Positions 20,461 through 30,396 of a DNA stretch of 64,000 nucleotides are shown here, in pieces; position 1 is the stretch's first letter; every line of letters begins with the position of its first letter. A program made the position numbers and the translations under genes. The notes under the pieces are model-generated. The model searched no databases. It had not been told where the DNA came from and was given only the letters and a program-made list of their open reading frames with translations. Source of the DNA: Terriglobia bacterium (GTDB taxonomy: Bacteria; Acidobacteriota; Terriglobia; JAJPHL01; JAPKYU01); assembly GCA_965223005.1 (NCBI GenBank), contig CBDCVK010000002.1, positions 64,001-128,000 on the forward strand. The letters run 5' to 3'.

Positions 20461-22200
20461 CTATCGCCCCAGGACCTTTTCCCGGATCACGAGCGCGCGG
20501 TGGAACAGCGGCTCGGCGTCGCCATATTTACCTTGCTTGCGGTAGATCTCGGCCAAGCCGTCAAGGCTGCTCGCCACGTCGGGATGCTCCGGCCCCAGAG
20601 CCTTCTCCCGGATCGCCAGCGCGCGCTTGAAGATTGGTTCGGCTGCCGCGTAGTTGCCTTGGATGTTATAAAGCTCCGCTAGGTTGTTGAGGCTCCGGGC
20701 CACGTCGGGATGCTCCGGTCCCAGAAGCTTCTCCTGGATCGCCAGCGAGCGTTTCAAGAGCGGTTCGGCTTCGGCGTAGTTACCCTGGACGCGGCAAAGC
20801 TTCGCCAGGTTGTTGAGGCTCGTGGCTACCTTGGGATGTTCCGGTCCCAGAACCTTCTCCTGGATCGCCAGCAAGCGTTTCAAGATTGGTTCGGCCGCGG
20901 CGTAGTTGCCCTGGGAGCGGTAAAACTCCTCCAGATTGTTGAGGCTCTGAGCTATGTCGGGATGCTCCGGCTCCAGAACCTTCTCCCGGATCACCAGCGC
21001 GCGCTTCAAGAGCGGTTCCGCTTCCGGGTGGTTGTCTTGGTTGCGGTAAAGCCGTGCCAGGCTGTTGAGGGTCTGGGCCACGTCGGGATGCTCCCGCCCC
21101 AGAGTCTTCTCCTGGATCGCCAGTAAGCGCTTGTAGAGCGGTTCGGCTGCCGCGTAGTTGCCTTGGCTGACGTGCAGCTCCGCCAAGTTGTTGAGGCTCG
21201 TGGCCACATCGGGATGCTCCGGCCCTAGAACCCTTTCTCGGATCGCCAGCGAGCGCTTGTAGAGCGGTTCGCCAGCGGCGTGGTTGCCCTGGGCGCGGTA
21301 TAGCTCCGCTAGGTTGTTGAGACTCCTGGCCACATCGGGATGTTCCGGCCCCAGAACCTTCTCTTGGATCGCCAGTGAACGCCTGAAGAGCGGTTCGGCT
21401 GCGACGTAGTTGGCCTGAGTGTTGTAAAGCGCCGCCAGGTTGTTGAGACTGGTGGCTACGTTGGGATGCTCCGGTCCCAGAACCTCCTTCTGGATCGCCA
21501 GCGAGCGTTCAAAGAGGGGTTCAGCTGCTGCGTAGTTGTCCTGGGTGTGGTAAAGCACCGCCAGGCTGCTAAGACTCGTGGCTACATCGGGATGCTCCGG
21601 CCCCAGAACCTTCTCCCGGATCGCCAGCGAGCGCTTGAACAGCGATTCGGCTGCGGCGTAGTTGCCCTGGAGGCGGTAAAACTCCGCCAGGTTGTTGAGA
21701 CTCGTGGCTACGCTGGGATGCTGCGGCCCCAGAACCTTCTCCTGGATCGCCAGCGCGCGCTTCAACAGCGGTTCGGCTTCCCCGTACTTGCCCTGGGCAT
21801 GAAACAGCCCCGCCAGGCTGCTAAGACTCCTGGCCACCTCAGGATGCTCCGGCCCCAGAACCTCCTCCCGCATCGCCAGCGAGCGCTTCAACAGCGGTTC
21901 GGCTTCCGCGTACTTGCCCTGGGCGTGATACAGCCCCGCCAGGTTATTCAGGCTCGTGGCCATGCGCGGATCCTCTGGCCGGAAGTCTTCCGCTTCTTTC
22001 AGGGCAGCTTTGAGCTGCTTTTCAGCCTCGGCGTATCGACCTTCCCGATAGGCCTTGGTAGCCGCCTCCATGTAGGTCTCCCAGTCCGGCGCCTGCGCCA
22101 AGGCGAAGTCTCCCGCCAAGGCCCACGCGGCGAGCGACAGCAAACCCACCAGCAACCAACCATTGTCCTTGCCGGCCATTGCGATCACTCTTCTCGTCAT
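20461..22200 (-). CDS. secreted 42-aa TPR protein (12 repeats, C-terminal cap missing)
   Basis: Signal peptide and kinesin-light-chain-like repeats ATSLNNLAxLYxxQGNY...LGPEHPD; ends REKVLGR where the paralog continues. Confidence 0.9.
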   Translation of the reverse strand: MTRRVIAMAGKDNGWLLVGLLSLAAWALAGDFALAQAPDWETYMEAATKAYREGRYAEAEKQLKAALKEAEDFRPEDPRMATSLNNLAGLYHAQGKYAEAEPLLKRSLAMREEVLGPEHPEVARSLSSLAGLFHAQGKYGEAEPLLKRALAIQEKVLGPQHPSVATSLNNLAEFYRLQGNYAAAESLFKRSLAIREKVLGPEHPDVATSLSSLAVLYHTQDNYAAAEPLFERSLAIQKEVLGPEHPNVATSLNNLAALYNTQANYVAAEPLFRRSLAIQEKVLGPEHPDVARSLNNLAELYRAQGNHAAGEPLYKRSLAIRERVLGPEHPDVATSLNNLAELHVSQGNYAAAEPLYKRLLAIQEKTLGREHPDVAQTLNSLARLYRNQDNHPEAEPLLKRALVIREKVLEPEHPDIAQSLNNLEEFYRSQGNYAAAEPILKRLLAIQEKVLGPEHPKVATSLNNLAKLCRVQGNYAEAEPLLKRSLAIQEKLLGPEHPDVARSLNNLAELYNIQGNYAAAEPIFKRALAIREKALGPEHPDVASSLDGLAEIYRKQGKYGDAEPLFHRALVIREKVLGR

Positions 22201-25200
22201 CGGGCCTTACCTTGGGGAGAAGCCACTTCCAATCTCAATTAAGGACATCCCAGTCAATTGGAAGCTGGCTGTGGAGGGGCAGATTCGGTGCGCTCCGGCT
22301 CGCGCACCGTCAGGATCTGGTTGGGCTGGACTCCCTCCAGCCGCTGCACCACTCCGCTGGGCCAGCGGATCTCCAGCAGGCGAATGGTCCGCTCACTCCC
22401 CAGGCCGAAGTGGACGCGCTTGTCGTTGGAGGACATGTAGCTGCCTGCGGTGCTCACAAAGGCGCGCTGCTCGCGTCCGGAGCCCGACACCAGGCGCAGC
22501 GCAGCCCCGATACCCTCCCGGTTGCTGCGCGTGCCCACCGTGTTCACCAGCAGCCAGTGGTTCTCCGGCGGGCTGGCGTTGCGCAGCACCAGCGCCGGAC
22601 CGTCCAGGACACTGACGACGATATCCGGCCGGCCATCGTTGTTCAGGTCGCCGAAAGCCGCGCCACGGGCGGCCACCGGAACCTGGAAGGCCGGGCCCGC
22701 CTGCTGGGATACATCCTCAAAGCGGCCGCCCAGGTTGCGCATCAGCAGCAGCGGCTCCAGGTAGCTCGCGAAGGGCTGCTGCAAGTGGATGTTGTCCATC
22801 ACGTGGCCCTGGGCCACCATCAAGTCCTTCCGGCCGTCATTGTCGAAATCGACGAACTTGGTGCCCCAACCGGAGTGCAACAGCGTGATGCGGGCGACCT
22901 CGGTGGGCCCTGAGGTGTACTCAAACGAGTCGCCATCGTTGCGGAACAGCGCATAGCGCTGGGCAGCCAGAGCATTGACGAAGATGTCGGGCCAGCCGTC
23001 ATTGTCGTAGTCGCCGAAGTCAGTCCCCATCCCGGCAAACGTTTTCCCGTCGTCGTCGTAAGCGAGGCCCAGCGGCAGGGCGGTTTCGGTGAAGGTGCCG
23101 TCGCCGTTGTTGCGGAAAAGCTGCTGGGGGAACGAGTCGTTGGCCACGAAAATATCGGGCCAGCCGTCGCGGTTGAAATCGTGTACCGCCACGCCCAGCC
23201 CTTTTCCGGGCGAGGCTTCCACCCCGGATGGCCCAGACGCATCGGTGAAGGTGCCGTCGCCATTGTTGCGGTAGAGCAGGTGGGAAATGGGCTTGAAATG
23301 GCGGGGGTGACAGTACCCGCGGTAGCCAGGTCTGCGATCCCCGCAGAACGGACTCAACTGGAAGTCCCAGACCACGTAGCGCGTGACGAACAGGTCCAGG
23401 TGGCCATCCCGGTCATAATCAAGGAAGGCGGCGCTGGCCGACCAGCCCCCGCCCTCTACGCCCGCCTGCTTTGTCACGTCGCGAAAGGTGCCGTCGCCGT
23501 TGTTGTGGTACAGGATGTTGTTCCCGTAATTGGTGACGTACAGGTCCGCATGCCCGTCGTTGTCATAGTCGCCCGCCACCGCCCCCATCCCGTAGGAATG
23601 CCCCGCCACGCCCGCTTCCTCCGTGACATCGGTGAAGGTTCCGTCTCCGTCGTTGCGGTACAGCCGGTTCCAATAGCGCGGCTCGGATTTGTCGGGCTGG
23701 CCGCCTTCCGGCATCGGGTCCGCCAGCGCCGCCCCGTTCACCAGGAACAGGTCCAGCAGCCCGTCGGCGTCGAAATCCAGCATCGCCACGCCGCCCACCA
23801 TCGATTCCATCAGGTACTTCTCAGAGGTCTTGCTGTTCGCGGTCTTGAAGTTGACGCCCGAGCGGGCCGTGTCATCCACAAAGGCGATCAGGGGAGCCGT
23901 GGAGGCGGGCCTGGACTGCGGCCCGGCCCTCACCGCCTCCAGAACCTTCTCCCGAGTCGCTCGCAAGCGCTTGAAGAGCAGCTCGGCTGCCGCGTCGTTG
24001 CCTTGGGCACGGTAAAGCCGTGCCAGGCTGTTGAGGGTCTGGGCCGCATCGGGATGCTCCAGCCCCAGGGTTTTCTCCCGGATCGCCAGCAAACGCTTGT
24101 AGAGTGGTTCGGCTGCCGCGTAGTTGCCTTGGATGTGGTAAAGCTCCGCCAGGCTGTTAAGACTCGAGACCGCATCGGGATGCTCCGGCCCCAGGGTTTT
24201 CTCCCGGATCGCCAGCGCGCGCTTGTAGAGCGGTTCGGCTGCCGCGTAATTGCCCGGGCCGCGGTAAATCCCCGCCAGGTTGTTGAGGCTCATGGCCACG
24301 TCGGGATGCTCCGGCCCCAGAGCCTTTTCCTGGATCGCCAGCGCGCGCCTCAAAAAAGGTTCGGCTGCGATGTAGTTGGCCTGGGTGTTGTAAAGCCCCC
24401 CCAGGTTGCTAAGACTCGTGGCTACGCTGGGATGCTCCGGTCCCAGAACCTTCTCCTGGATCGCCAGCGCGCGCTTGTAGAGCGGTTCGGCCGTCGCGTA
24501 GTTGGCCTGGACGCGATAAACCTCCGCCAGGTTATTGAGGCTCGTGGCCACCGCCGGATGCACCGGCCCCAGAACCTTCTCCTGGATCGCCAGCGCGCGC
24601 TTGTAGAGCGGTTCGGCTGCCGCGTAGTTTTGCTGGGCGCGGTAAATCCCCGCCAGGTTGTTGAGGCTCCTTGCCACATCGGGATGCTGCGGCCCCAGAA
24701 CCTCCTCCTGGATCGCCAGCGCGCGCTTGTAGAGCGGTTCGGCTGCGACGTAGTTGGCCTGGGCGTGGTAAAGCGCCGCCAGATTGTTAAGACTCGTGGC
24801 TACGCTGGGATGCTCCGGTCCCAGAACCTTCTCCTGGATCGTCAGCGCGCGCTTGAAGAGCGGTTCGGCTTCGGCGTAGTTGCCCTGGGCGTGGTAAAGC
24901 GCCGCCAGGCTGCTCAGACTCGTGGCCACATTGGGATGCTCTGGTCCCAGAACCTTCTCCCGCATCGCCAGCGAACGCTTGAAGAGCGGTTCGGCTGCCG
25001 CGCGGTTGCCCTGGGCGCGGTAAAGCTCCGCCAGGTTGTTGAGACTGGTGGCTACGTTGGGATGCTCCGGCCCCAGAGCCTTCTCCTGGATCGCCAGCGC
25101 GCGCTTGTAGAGCGGTTCGGCTTCGATGTAGTTGCCCTGGGCGTGATACAGCCCCGCCAAGTTGTTCAGGCTCCTGGCCACCTCCGGATGCACTGGCCCC

Positions 25201-27640
25201 AGAATCTTCTCCCGCATCGCCAGCGAGCGCTTCAAGAGTGGTTCGGCTTCCGCGTACTTGCCCTGGGCATGATACAGCCCCCCTAGGTTGTTCAGGCTCG
25301 TGGCCACGCGCGGATCCTCTGGCCTAAAATTTTCTGCTTCCTTGAGGGCAGCTTTGAGCTGCTTTTCGGCCTCGGCGTAACGACCTTCCCGATAGGCCTT
25401 AGTAGCTGCCTCCATGTAGGTCTCCCAGTCCGGCGCCTGCGCCGAGGCGAAGTCTCCCACGAGGGCCCACACGGCGAGCGACAGCAAACCCACTAGCAAC
25501 CAAGCATTCTCCTTGCCGGCCATTGCGATCACTCTTCTCGTCATCGGGCCTTACCTTCGCGGACACACAGCGGACAAGCAAACGAGGACAGATCTCGGAT
25601 CCCTGCGGCGAATCTGCTCCTCAACGCTACTATGGATGAGCTTTTGGCAAAGGACAACAGGCTAGGAAATCATGGCCTCGGAGACCTGCTTTGCAGATAG
25701 CCTATTTCTGTTTCATTTCTCGGGGTTGTCTCTTCAGGTTCTCTTCGGCGTGCTTGGCCCGGATGGCCTGGGCGTGGGCCTCGGCCTTTTCTGCCTCGGC
25801 TCTGCGGTTCGTCTTTTCCAAGAGGACTGCGTAATTGTCCAGGATCGTGGCGACTTCTGGATGCGAGGTACCCACCGCCTTTTCGCAGACCGCGAGCGCG
25901 TGCTTGTAGAGTGGCTCCGCGTCCTCATACTTGCCCTGCTCGCGGTAGAGAGTCGCCAAGTTCCTAAGGGTGATGGCGTTATCGGGGTGTTCCGGCCCCA
26001 GGACCTTTTCCCGGATCACGAGCGCGCGGTGGAACAGCGGCTCGGCGTCGCCATATTTACCTTGCTCGCGGTAGATCTCGGCCAAGCCGTCGAGGCTGCT
26101 CGCCACGTCGGGATGCTCCGGTCCCAGAAGCTTCTCCTGGATCGCCAGCGCGCGCTTCAAGAACGGTTCGGCTTCAGCGTAGTCACCCTGGACGCGGTAA
26201 AGCTTCGCCAGGTTGTTGAGGCTCGTGGCTACCTTGGGATGTTCCGTTCCCAGAACCTTCTCCTGGATCGCCAGCAAGCGCTTGTAGAGTGGTTCGGCCG
26301 CGGCGTAGTTGGCCCGAATGTCGTAAAGCTCCGCCAGGTTGTTCAGGCTCGTGGCCACGTCGGGATGCTCGGGCTCCAGAGTCTTCTCCCGGATTGCCAG
26401 CAAGCGTTTGAAAAGCCGTTCGGCTTCCACGTGGTTGTCTTGGCTGCGGTAAAGCCGTGCCAGGTTGTTGAGGGTCTGGGCCGCATCGGGATGCTCCGGC
26501 CCTAAAACCTTCTCCCGGATCGCCAGCAAGCGCTTGTGGAGCGGTTCGGCCGCCGCGTAGTTGCCCTGGCTGTCGTACAGCCCGGCCAAGTTATTGAGGC
26601 TCGTGGCCACCTCGGGATGCTCCGGCCCTAGAACCTTCTCCTGGATCGCCAGCGAGCGCTTGTAGAGCGGTTCGGCTGCGCCGTAGTTGCCCTGGGTGCG
26701 GTAAATCCCCGCCAGGTTGTTGAGGCTCCTGGCCACATCGGGATGCTCCGGCCCCAGAACCTTCTCCTGGATCGCCAGCGCGCGCTTGAAGAGCGATTCG
26801 GCTGCGAGATAGTTCGCCTGGGTGTCATACAGCACCGCCAGGTTGTGAAGACTCGTGGCCACATCAGGATGCTCCGGCCCCAGAGCCTTCTCCTGGATCG
26901 CCAGCGCGCGCTTGAAGAGCGGTTCGGCTGCGGCGAACCTGAGCGGGAACTGATCCGGGTAGTTGCCCTGGAGACGGTAAAGCTCCGCCAGGTTATTGAG
27001 GCTCGTGGCCACATCGGGATGCTGCGGCCCCAGAACCTTCTCCCGGATCGCCAGCGAGCGCTTGAAGAGCGGTTCGGCTTCCGCGTAGTTCTCCAGGGTG
27101 TGATAAAGTCCCGCCAGGTTGTTCAGGCTCGTGGCCACATCGGGATGCTGAGGCCCTAAAACCTTCTCCCGGATCGCCAGCGAACGTTTCGAAAGCGGTT
27201 TGGCTTCGGTGTAGTTGCCCTGGGCGCGGTAAAGCTCCGCCAGGTTATTAAGGCTCATGGCCACATCGGGATGCTCCGGCCCCAGAACCTTCTCCCGCAT
27301 CGCCAGCGAGCGCTTGTAGAGCGGTTCGGCTTCCGCGTAGTTGGCCTGGGTGTCGTAAAGCACCGCCAGGTTGTTCAGGCTTGCGGCTACGCTGGGATGC
27401 TGCGGCCCCAGAGCCTTCTCCTGGATCGTCAGCGCGCGCTTGTAGAGCGGTTCGGCTTCCGCGTACTTGCCCTGGGCGTGATGCAGCCCCGCCAGGTTGT
27501 TCAGGCTCCTGGCCACAACGGGATGTTCCGGCCCCAGAACCTTCTCCCGCATCGCCAGCGAGCGCTTCAACAGCGGTTCGGCTTCCGCGTACTTGCCCTG
27601 GGCATGATACAGCCCCGCCAGGTTGTTCAGGCTCGTGGCC
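20467..27640 (-). repeat. three blocks of coding 126-bp tandem repeats (TPR units)
   Basis: 126-nt periodicity of GGATGCTCCGGCCCCAGAACCTTCTCC-like units, about 37 copies in total. Confidence 0.9.
22254..25544 (-). CDS. secreted TPR (11 repeats) fused to a CRTAC1-like FG-GAP/ASPIC-UnbV domain
   Basis: N-terminal 42-aa repeats; many DxDxDG loops; C-terminal GSYMSSNDKRVHFGLG...IRWPSG. Confidence 0.92.
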   Translation of the reverse strand: MTRRVIAMAGKENAWLLVGLLSLAVWALVGDFASAQAPDWETYMEAATKAYREGRYAEAEKQLKAALKEAENFRPEDPRVATSLNNLGGLYHAQGKYAEAEPLLKRSLAMREKILGPVHPEVARSLNNLAGLYHAQGNYIEAEPLYKRALAIQEKALGPEHPNVATSLNNLAELYRAQGNRAAAEPLFKRSLAMREKVLGPEHPNVATSLSSLAALYHAQGNYAEAEPLFKRALTIQEKVLGPEHPSVATSLNNLAALYHAQANYVAAEPLYKRALAIQEEVLGPQHPDVARSLNNLAGIYRAQQNYAAAEPLYKRALAIQEKVLGPVHPAVATSLNNLAEVYRVQANYATAEPLYKRALAIQEKVLGPEHPSVATSLSNLGGLYNTQANYIAAEPFLRRALAIQEKALGPEHPDVAMSLNNLAGIYRGPGNYAAAEPLYKRALAIREKTLGPEHPDAVSSLNSLAELYHIQGNYAAAEPLYKRLLAIREKTLGLEHPDAAQTLNSLARLYRAQGNDAAAELLFKRLRATREKVLEAVRAGPQSRPASTAPLIAFVDDTARSGVNFKTANSKTSEKYLMESMVGGVAMLDFDADGLLDLFLVNGAALADPMPEGGQPDKSEPRYWNRLYRNDGDGTFTDVTEEAGVAGHSYGMGAVAGDYDNDGHADLYVTNYGNNILYHNNGDGTFRDVTKQAGVEGGGWSASAAFLDYDRDGHLDLFVTRYVVWDFQLSPFCGDRRPGYRGYCHPRHFKPISHLLYRNNGDGTFTDASGPSGVEASPGKGLGVAVHDFNRDGWPDIFVANDSFPQQLFRNNGDGTFTETALPLGLAYDDDGKTFAGMGTDFGDYDNDGWPDIFVNALAAQRYALFRNDGDSFEYTSGPTEVARITLLHSGWGTKFVDFDNDGRKDLMVAQGHVMDNIHLQQPFASYLEPLLLMRNLGGRFEDVSQQAGPAFQVPVAARGAAFGDLNNDGRPDIVVSVLDGPALVLRNASPPENHWLLVNTVGTRSNREGIGAALRLVSGSGREQRAFVSTAGSYMSSNDKRVHFGLGSERTIRLLEIRWPSGVVQRLEGVQPNQILTVREPERTESAPPQPASN

Positions 27641-27879
27641 AGGCGCGGATCCGCTGGCGTGAAGACTTCCGCTTCGTTCAGGGCAGCTTTGAGCTGCTTT
27701 TCGGCCTCGGCGTATCGGCCTTCCCGATAGGCCTTGGTTGCTGCCTCCATGTAGGTCTCCCAGTCCGACGCCTGCGCCGAGGCGAAGTCTCCTGCGAAGA
27801 CCAACAAGACGAGCGACAGCAAACCCACCAGCAACCAAGCATTGTCCTTGCCGGCCATTGCGATCACTCTTCTCGTCAT
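25702..27879 (-). CDS. secreted 42-aa TPR protein (about 14 repeats plus cap)
   Basis: Same leader as the two paralogs; complete capping helix LDNYAVLL. Confidence 0.92.
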   Translation of the reverse strand: MTRRVIAMAGKDNAWLLVGLLSLVLLVFAGDFASAQASDWETYMEAATKAYREGRYAEAEKQLKAALNEAEVFTPADPRLATSLNNLAGLYHAQGKYAEAEPLLKRSLAMREKVLGPEHPVVARSLNNLAGLHHAQGKYAEAEPLYKRALTIQEKALGPQHPSVAASLNNLAVLYDTQANYAEAEPLYKRSLAMREKVLGPEHPDVAMSLNNLAELYRAQGNYTEAKPLSKRSLAIREKVLGPQHPDVATSLNNLAGLYHTLENYAEAEPLFKRSLAIREKVLGPQHPDVATSLNNLAELYRLQGNYPDQFPLRFAAAEPLFKRALAIQEKALGPEHPDVATSLHNLAVLYDTQANYLAAESLFKRALAIQEKVLGPEHPDVARSLNNLAGIYRTQGNYGAAEPLYKRSLAIQEKVLGPEHPEVATSLNNLAGLYDSQGNYAAAEPLHKRLLAIREKVLGPEHPDAAQTLNNLARLYRSQDNHVEAERLFKRLLAIREKTLEPEHPDVATSLNNLAELYDIRANYAAAEPLYKRLLAIQEKVLGTEHPKVATSLNNLAKLYRVQGDYAEAEPFLKRALAIQEKLLGPEHPDVASSLDGLAEIYREQGKYGDAEPLFHRALVIREKVLGPEHPDNAITLRNLATLYREQGKYEDAEPLYKHALAVCEKAVGTSHPEVATILDNYAVLLEKTNRRAEAEKAEAHAQAIRAKHAEENLKRQPREMKQK

Positions 27880-27927
27880 CGGCCCTATCTTTAGAAGGAC
27901 AAGGAAACGCGGAACGCGGAGGCTCTA

Positions 27928-29697
27928 TTATTTGCCTTTTTTCCGAAGGGTCTTGATGGGTGTCATGCCCTGACCTTCAGTGACTTGCAGGAACTGATCA
28001 CCCTGGATATCTCGGAAGTTTTCCACCACCCCACTCGGCCAACGTATTTCAAGACGCTTAACGTGGGTTTCCTGACCCAATCCGAAGTGAACACGCGAGT
28101 CGTTGTGGGAGAGATAACTCCCTCCAGATCGGACCTCGGTGGTTTGCGTCCGACCCCCGACTTCTGCTGTGATCCTCGCCCCGATCGCGTCTCGGTTGCT
28201 CTTCCTTCCCACCAGCCGGAGTGTGACCCAATGATTTCTGTTTCCGCCCTCATTGCGCAGCAGGCTTGGACGGTCATCAAGGTTGGTGAGCAGGATATCC
28301 ACATCTCCATCATTATCGTAGTCGCCAAACGCAGCTCCCCGGCTTGACTTCCTTGTTAAAAGACCGCTCCCCAGCTCCTCAGTGAGCTCCAGGAAGCGTC
28401 CGTTTCCTTGATTTTGATAGAGCTGGTTAAGTTCCAGAAATGTCGAGCCAAACGCAAATTGATCAATTTTTGGGTAAATATGCCCGTTAGCGATGAAAAT
28501 GTCGAGATAGCCGTCATTGTCAAGGTCCACCAGGCCCGTTCCCCAGCCAAGGTACGGCAGGGAGGATCGCCCTAGACCGGCCGCGGAGGTCACGACGTTG
28601 AACGTTTCGTCCCCGTTATTCTGGTAAAGAGTGTTCGTATCTTCGGAAAAATTTGTAACAAAGATGTCAAAATAGCCGTCGTTGTTGTAATCGCCCACGT
28701 CGACGCCCATACCTGCCTGTGGCCGTCCTTCCTCGCTGAGAGCCACACCGGCTTCTAATCCCACTTCAGAGAAGGTCCCGTCCTTATTATTCTGAAAGAG
28801 AAAATTGGGTGTTGAATCATTGGCGACATAGATGTCGGGCCAGTCATCGTTGTTCAGATCGCTGAAAATAACCCCAAACCCATAGTATCCAGGATCGTCG
28901 ATTTTGGCAGACTGCGTCACGTCCTTGAACGTGCCATCGCCGTTGTTGCGATACAACACATCGGGCTCGCCGGGGAGGCCGCGCGGTCCGCAGAACACGT
29001 CCATCCCTCTGTACTGACAGAGTGAACTGGTACCGCGCCTAGGAGTTGTCTTCTCGTCGAACGCGACGTAATTTGCTACGTAAAGATCGACATATCCGTC
29101 GCGATTATAATCACCAAAAGCGCAAGTGGTGCTCCAGTGGGAATCGCCTGCGCTTGCTCGCTCCGTTACGTCGGCGAAGGTGCCGTCCCCCTTATTTCGA
29201 AATAATACGTTCGGGCCGTAGGCAGTAACGTAGACGTCCTGGAACCCGCTGTTGTCATAGTCGGCCACACAAACGCCCATGCCCCAGCCTTCTTTGGTCA
29301 GGCCACTTTGGCCAGTGACGTCCGAAAATGTTCCCTTCCCGTCATTGCTGTAGAGGGCCACCATCGGACCGCCGCCTTGCTTGAACTTTTCAAATGTGGA
29401 GCCGTTGACGAGCAGCAGGTCCATGTCCCCATCGTCATCGTAGTCAAAGAATGCTGCTCCGTTGCCCGCCGCCTCCAGAATATACTCTTTCCTGGGTCCT
29501 CCCGAAACGTTCAGCAGGGTCACGCCTGCTTTTCCCGCCACGTCATTGAAACGTATTGGTAGGCGCGGCTGAGCAGAAGCGGTCTCCGACAGCCCCACAA
29601 GGGCGGCGAGAAAAGACAACAAGGCCAACGTCAAGCCGACCCCACGCTTTCGCCGGCTCAGCTTCTGTGCCACTCCTGTCCTGTTTCTCAGCAGCAT
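27928..29697 (-). CDS. CRTAC1-family protein (FG-GAP repeats plus ASPIC/UnbV)
   Basis: Signal peptide; repeated DYDxDG loops; GGSYLSHNDSRVHFGLG and EIRWPSG. Confidence 0.92.
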   Translation of the reverse strand: MLLRNRTGVAQKLSRRKRGVGLTLALLSFLAALVGLSETASAQPRLPIRFNDVAGKAGVTLLNVSGGPRKEYILEAAGNGAAFFDYDDDGDMDLLLVNGSTFEKFKQGGGPMVALYSNDGKGTFSDVTGQSGLTKEGWGMGVCVADYDNSGFQDVYVTAYGPNVLFRNKGDGTFADVTERASAGDSHWSTTCAFGDYNRDGYVDLYVANYVAFDEKTTPRRGTSSLCQYRGMDVFCGPRGLPGEPDVLYRNNGDGTFKDVTQSAKIDDPGYYGFGVIFSDLNNDDWPDIYVANDSTPNFLFQNNKDGTFSEVGLEAGVALSEEGRPQAGMGVDVGDYNNDGYFDIFVTNFSEDTNTLYQNNGDETFNVVTSAAGLGRSSLPYLGWGTGLVDLDNDGYLDIFIANGHIYPKIDQFAFGSTFLELNQLYQNQGNGRFLELTEELGSGLLTRKSSRGAAFGDYDNDGDVDILLTNLDDRPSLLRNEGGNRNHWVTLRLVGRKSNRDAIGARITAEVGGRTQTTEVRSGGSYLSHNDSRVHFGLGQETHVKRLEIRWPSGVVENFRDIQGDQFLQVTEGQGMTPIKTLRKKGK

Positions 29698-29900
29698 GTG
29701 GCTAAGTTGTCCTGACTGACCTGAAAGGCTTGTTGCATAATTGTAAACTTAATTGTTGTTATCCTCAATGTAATTAAAAATAACTAGATTTCTACTGACT
29801 CGGGCCTGTCTAGCCTTCTTATCTACCCCAGCGCCGAACACTTGATCATTACTCTGGCCCGTTGATTCATCAAAACATTTTACTTAATCGAAATGTTCCT

Positions 29901-30212
29901 TTTGAGCTTCCTCCTTCTACCCAGAGCATACGCTGGCTGCCCCGTTGGATCAAGCTCACCACGGCCCTTCTGGCCTTGCTCCAACTCGCCGCTTGCGAGA
30001 GAAGCCCTTGTACTCCACCGACGGATGCGCTTGAAAGACCACCGCTTTTCATTCGCCCCGGGTTCTAGTCAATCCACACAGGGTACGAACGAAAGTTTAG
30101 TCTGGAACTCTCGATTTGAGCTTCCAGCTTAGCCCAAAAGCACACGGTAGCTACCCAGTCGGCTCAAGCTCTCATCGTCACTCTTCCGGGTTGCGCCGTG
30201 GCTCGCCCTTGG
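29901..30212. repeat. two diverged copies of a ~95-bp hairpin-forming direct repeat
   Basis: TTTGAGCTTCC...CCCARAGCAYACG-like core...TCAAGCTC at about 29901 and 30115; similarity continues to CTCGCC(G)CTTG. Confidence 0.6.
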
Positions 30213-30396
30213 CCGTTCCGCTGACTTGCGGGGTCTGCTTCCTGCCTCCAACCTGCCTCGCGGGGGGATTCCTAACCCAAGATCATGCCTCGGGCCGGAC
30301 CTTGGGTGTGCAGGCCGTTCGACAGGCACCCGCTACATTTCTCGCTACAGTAGGCGTACGGATTCAGCGCAAAAAGAGCGGAACTGTAAGAAAAAA

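Noticed and set aside
23181-25286. 701-aa plus-strand ORF and similar antisense ORFs over the TPR genes
   Set aside because: Antisense shadows of repetitive GC-rich coding sequence; no RBS or domain
20461-27879. 126-bp periodic repeats as a CRISPR array or DGR
   Set aside because: The units are in-frame TPR codons with no unique spacers; there are no cas or reverse transcriptase genes and variation is not adenine-specific
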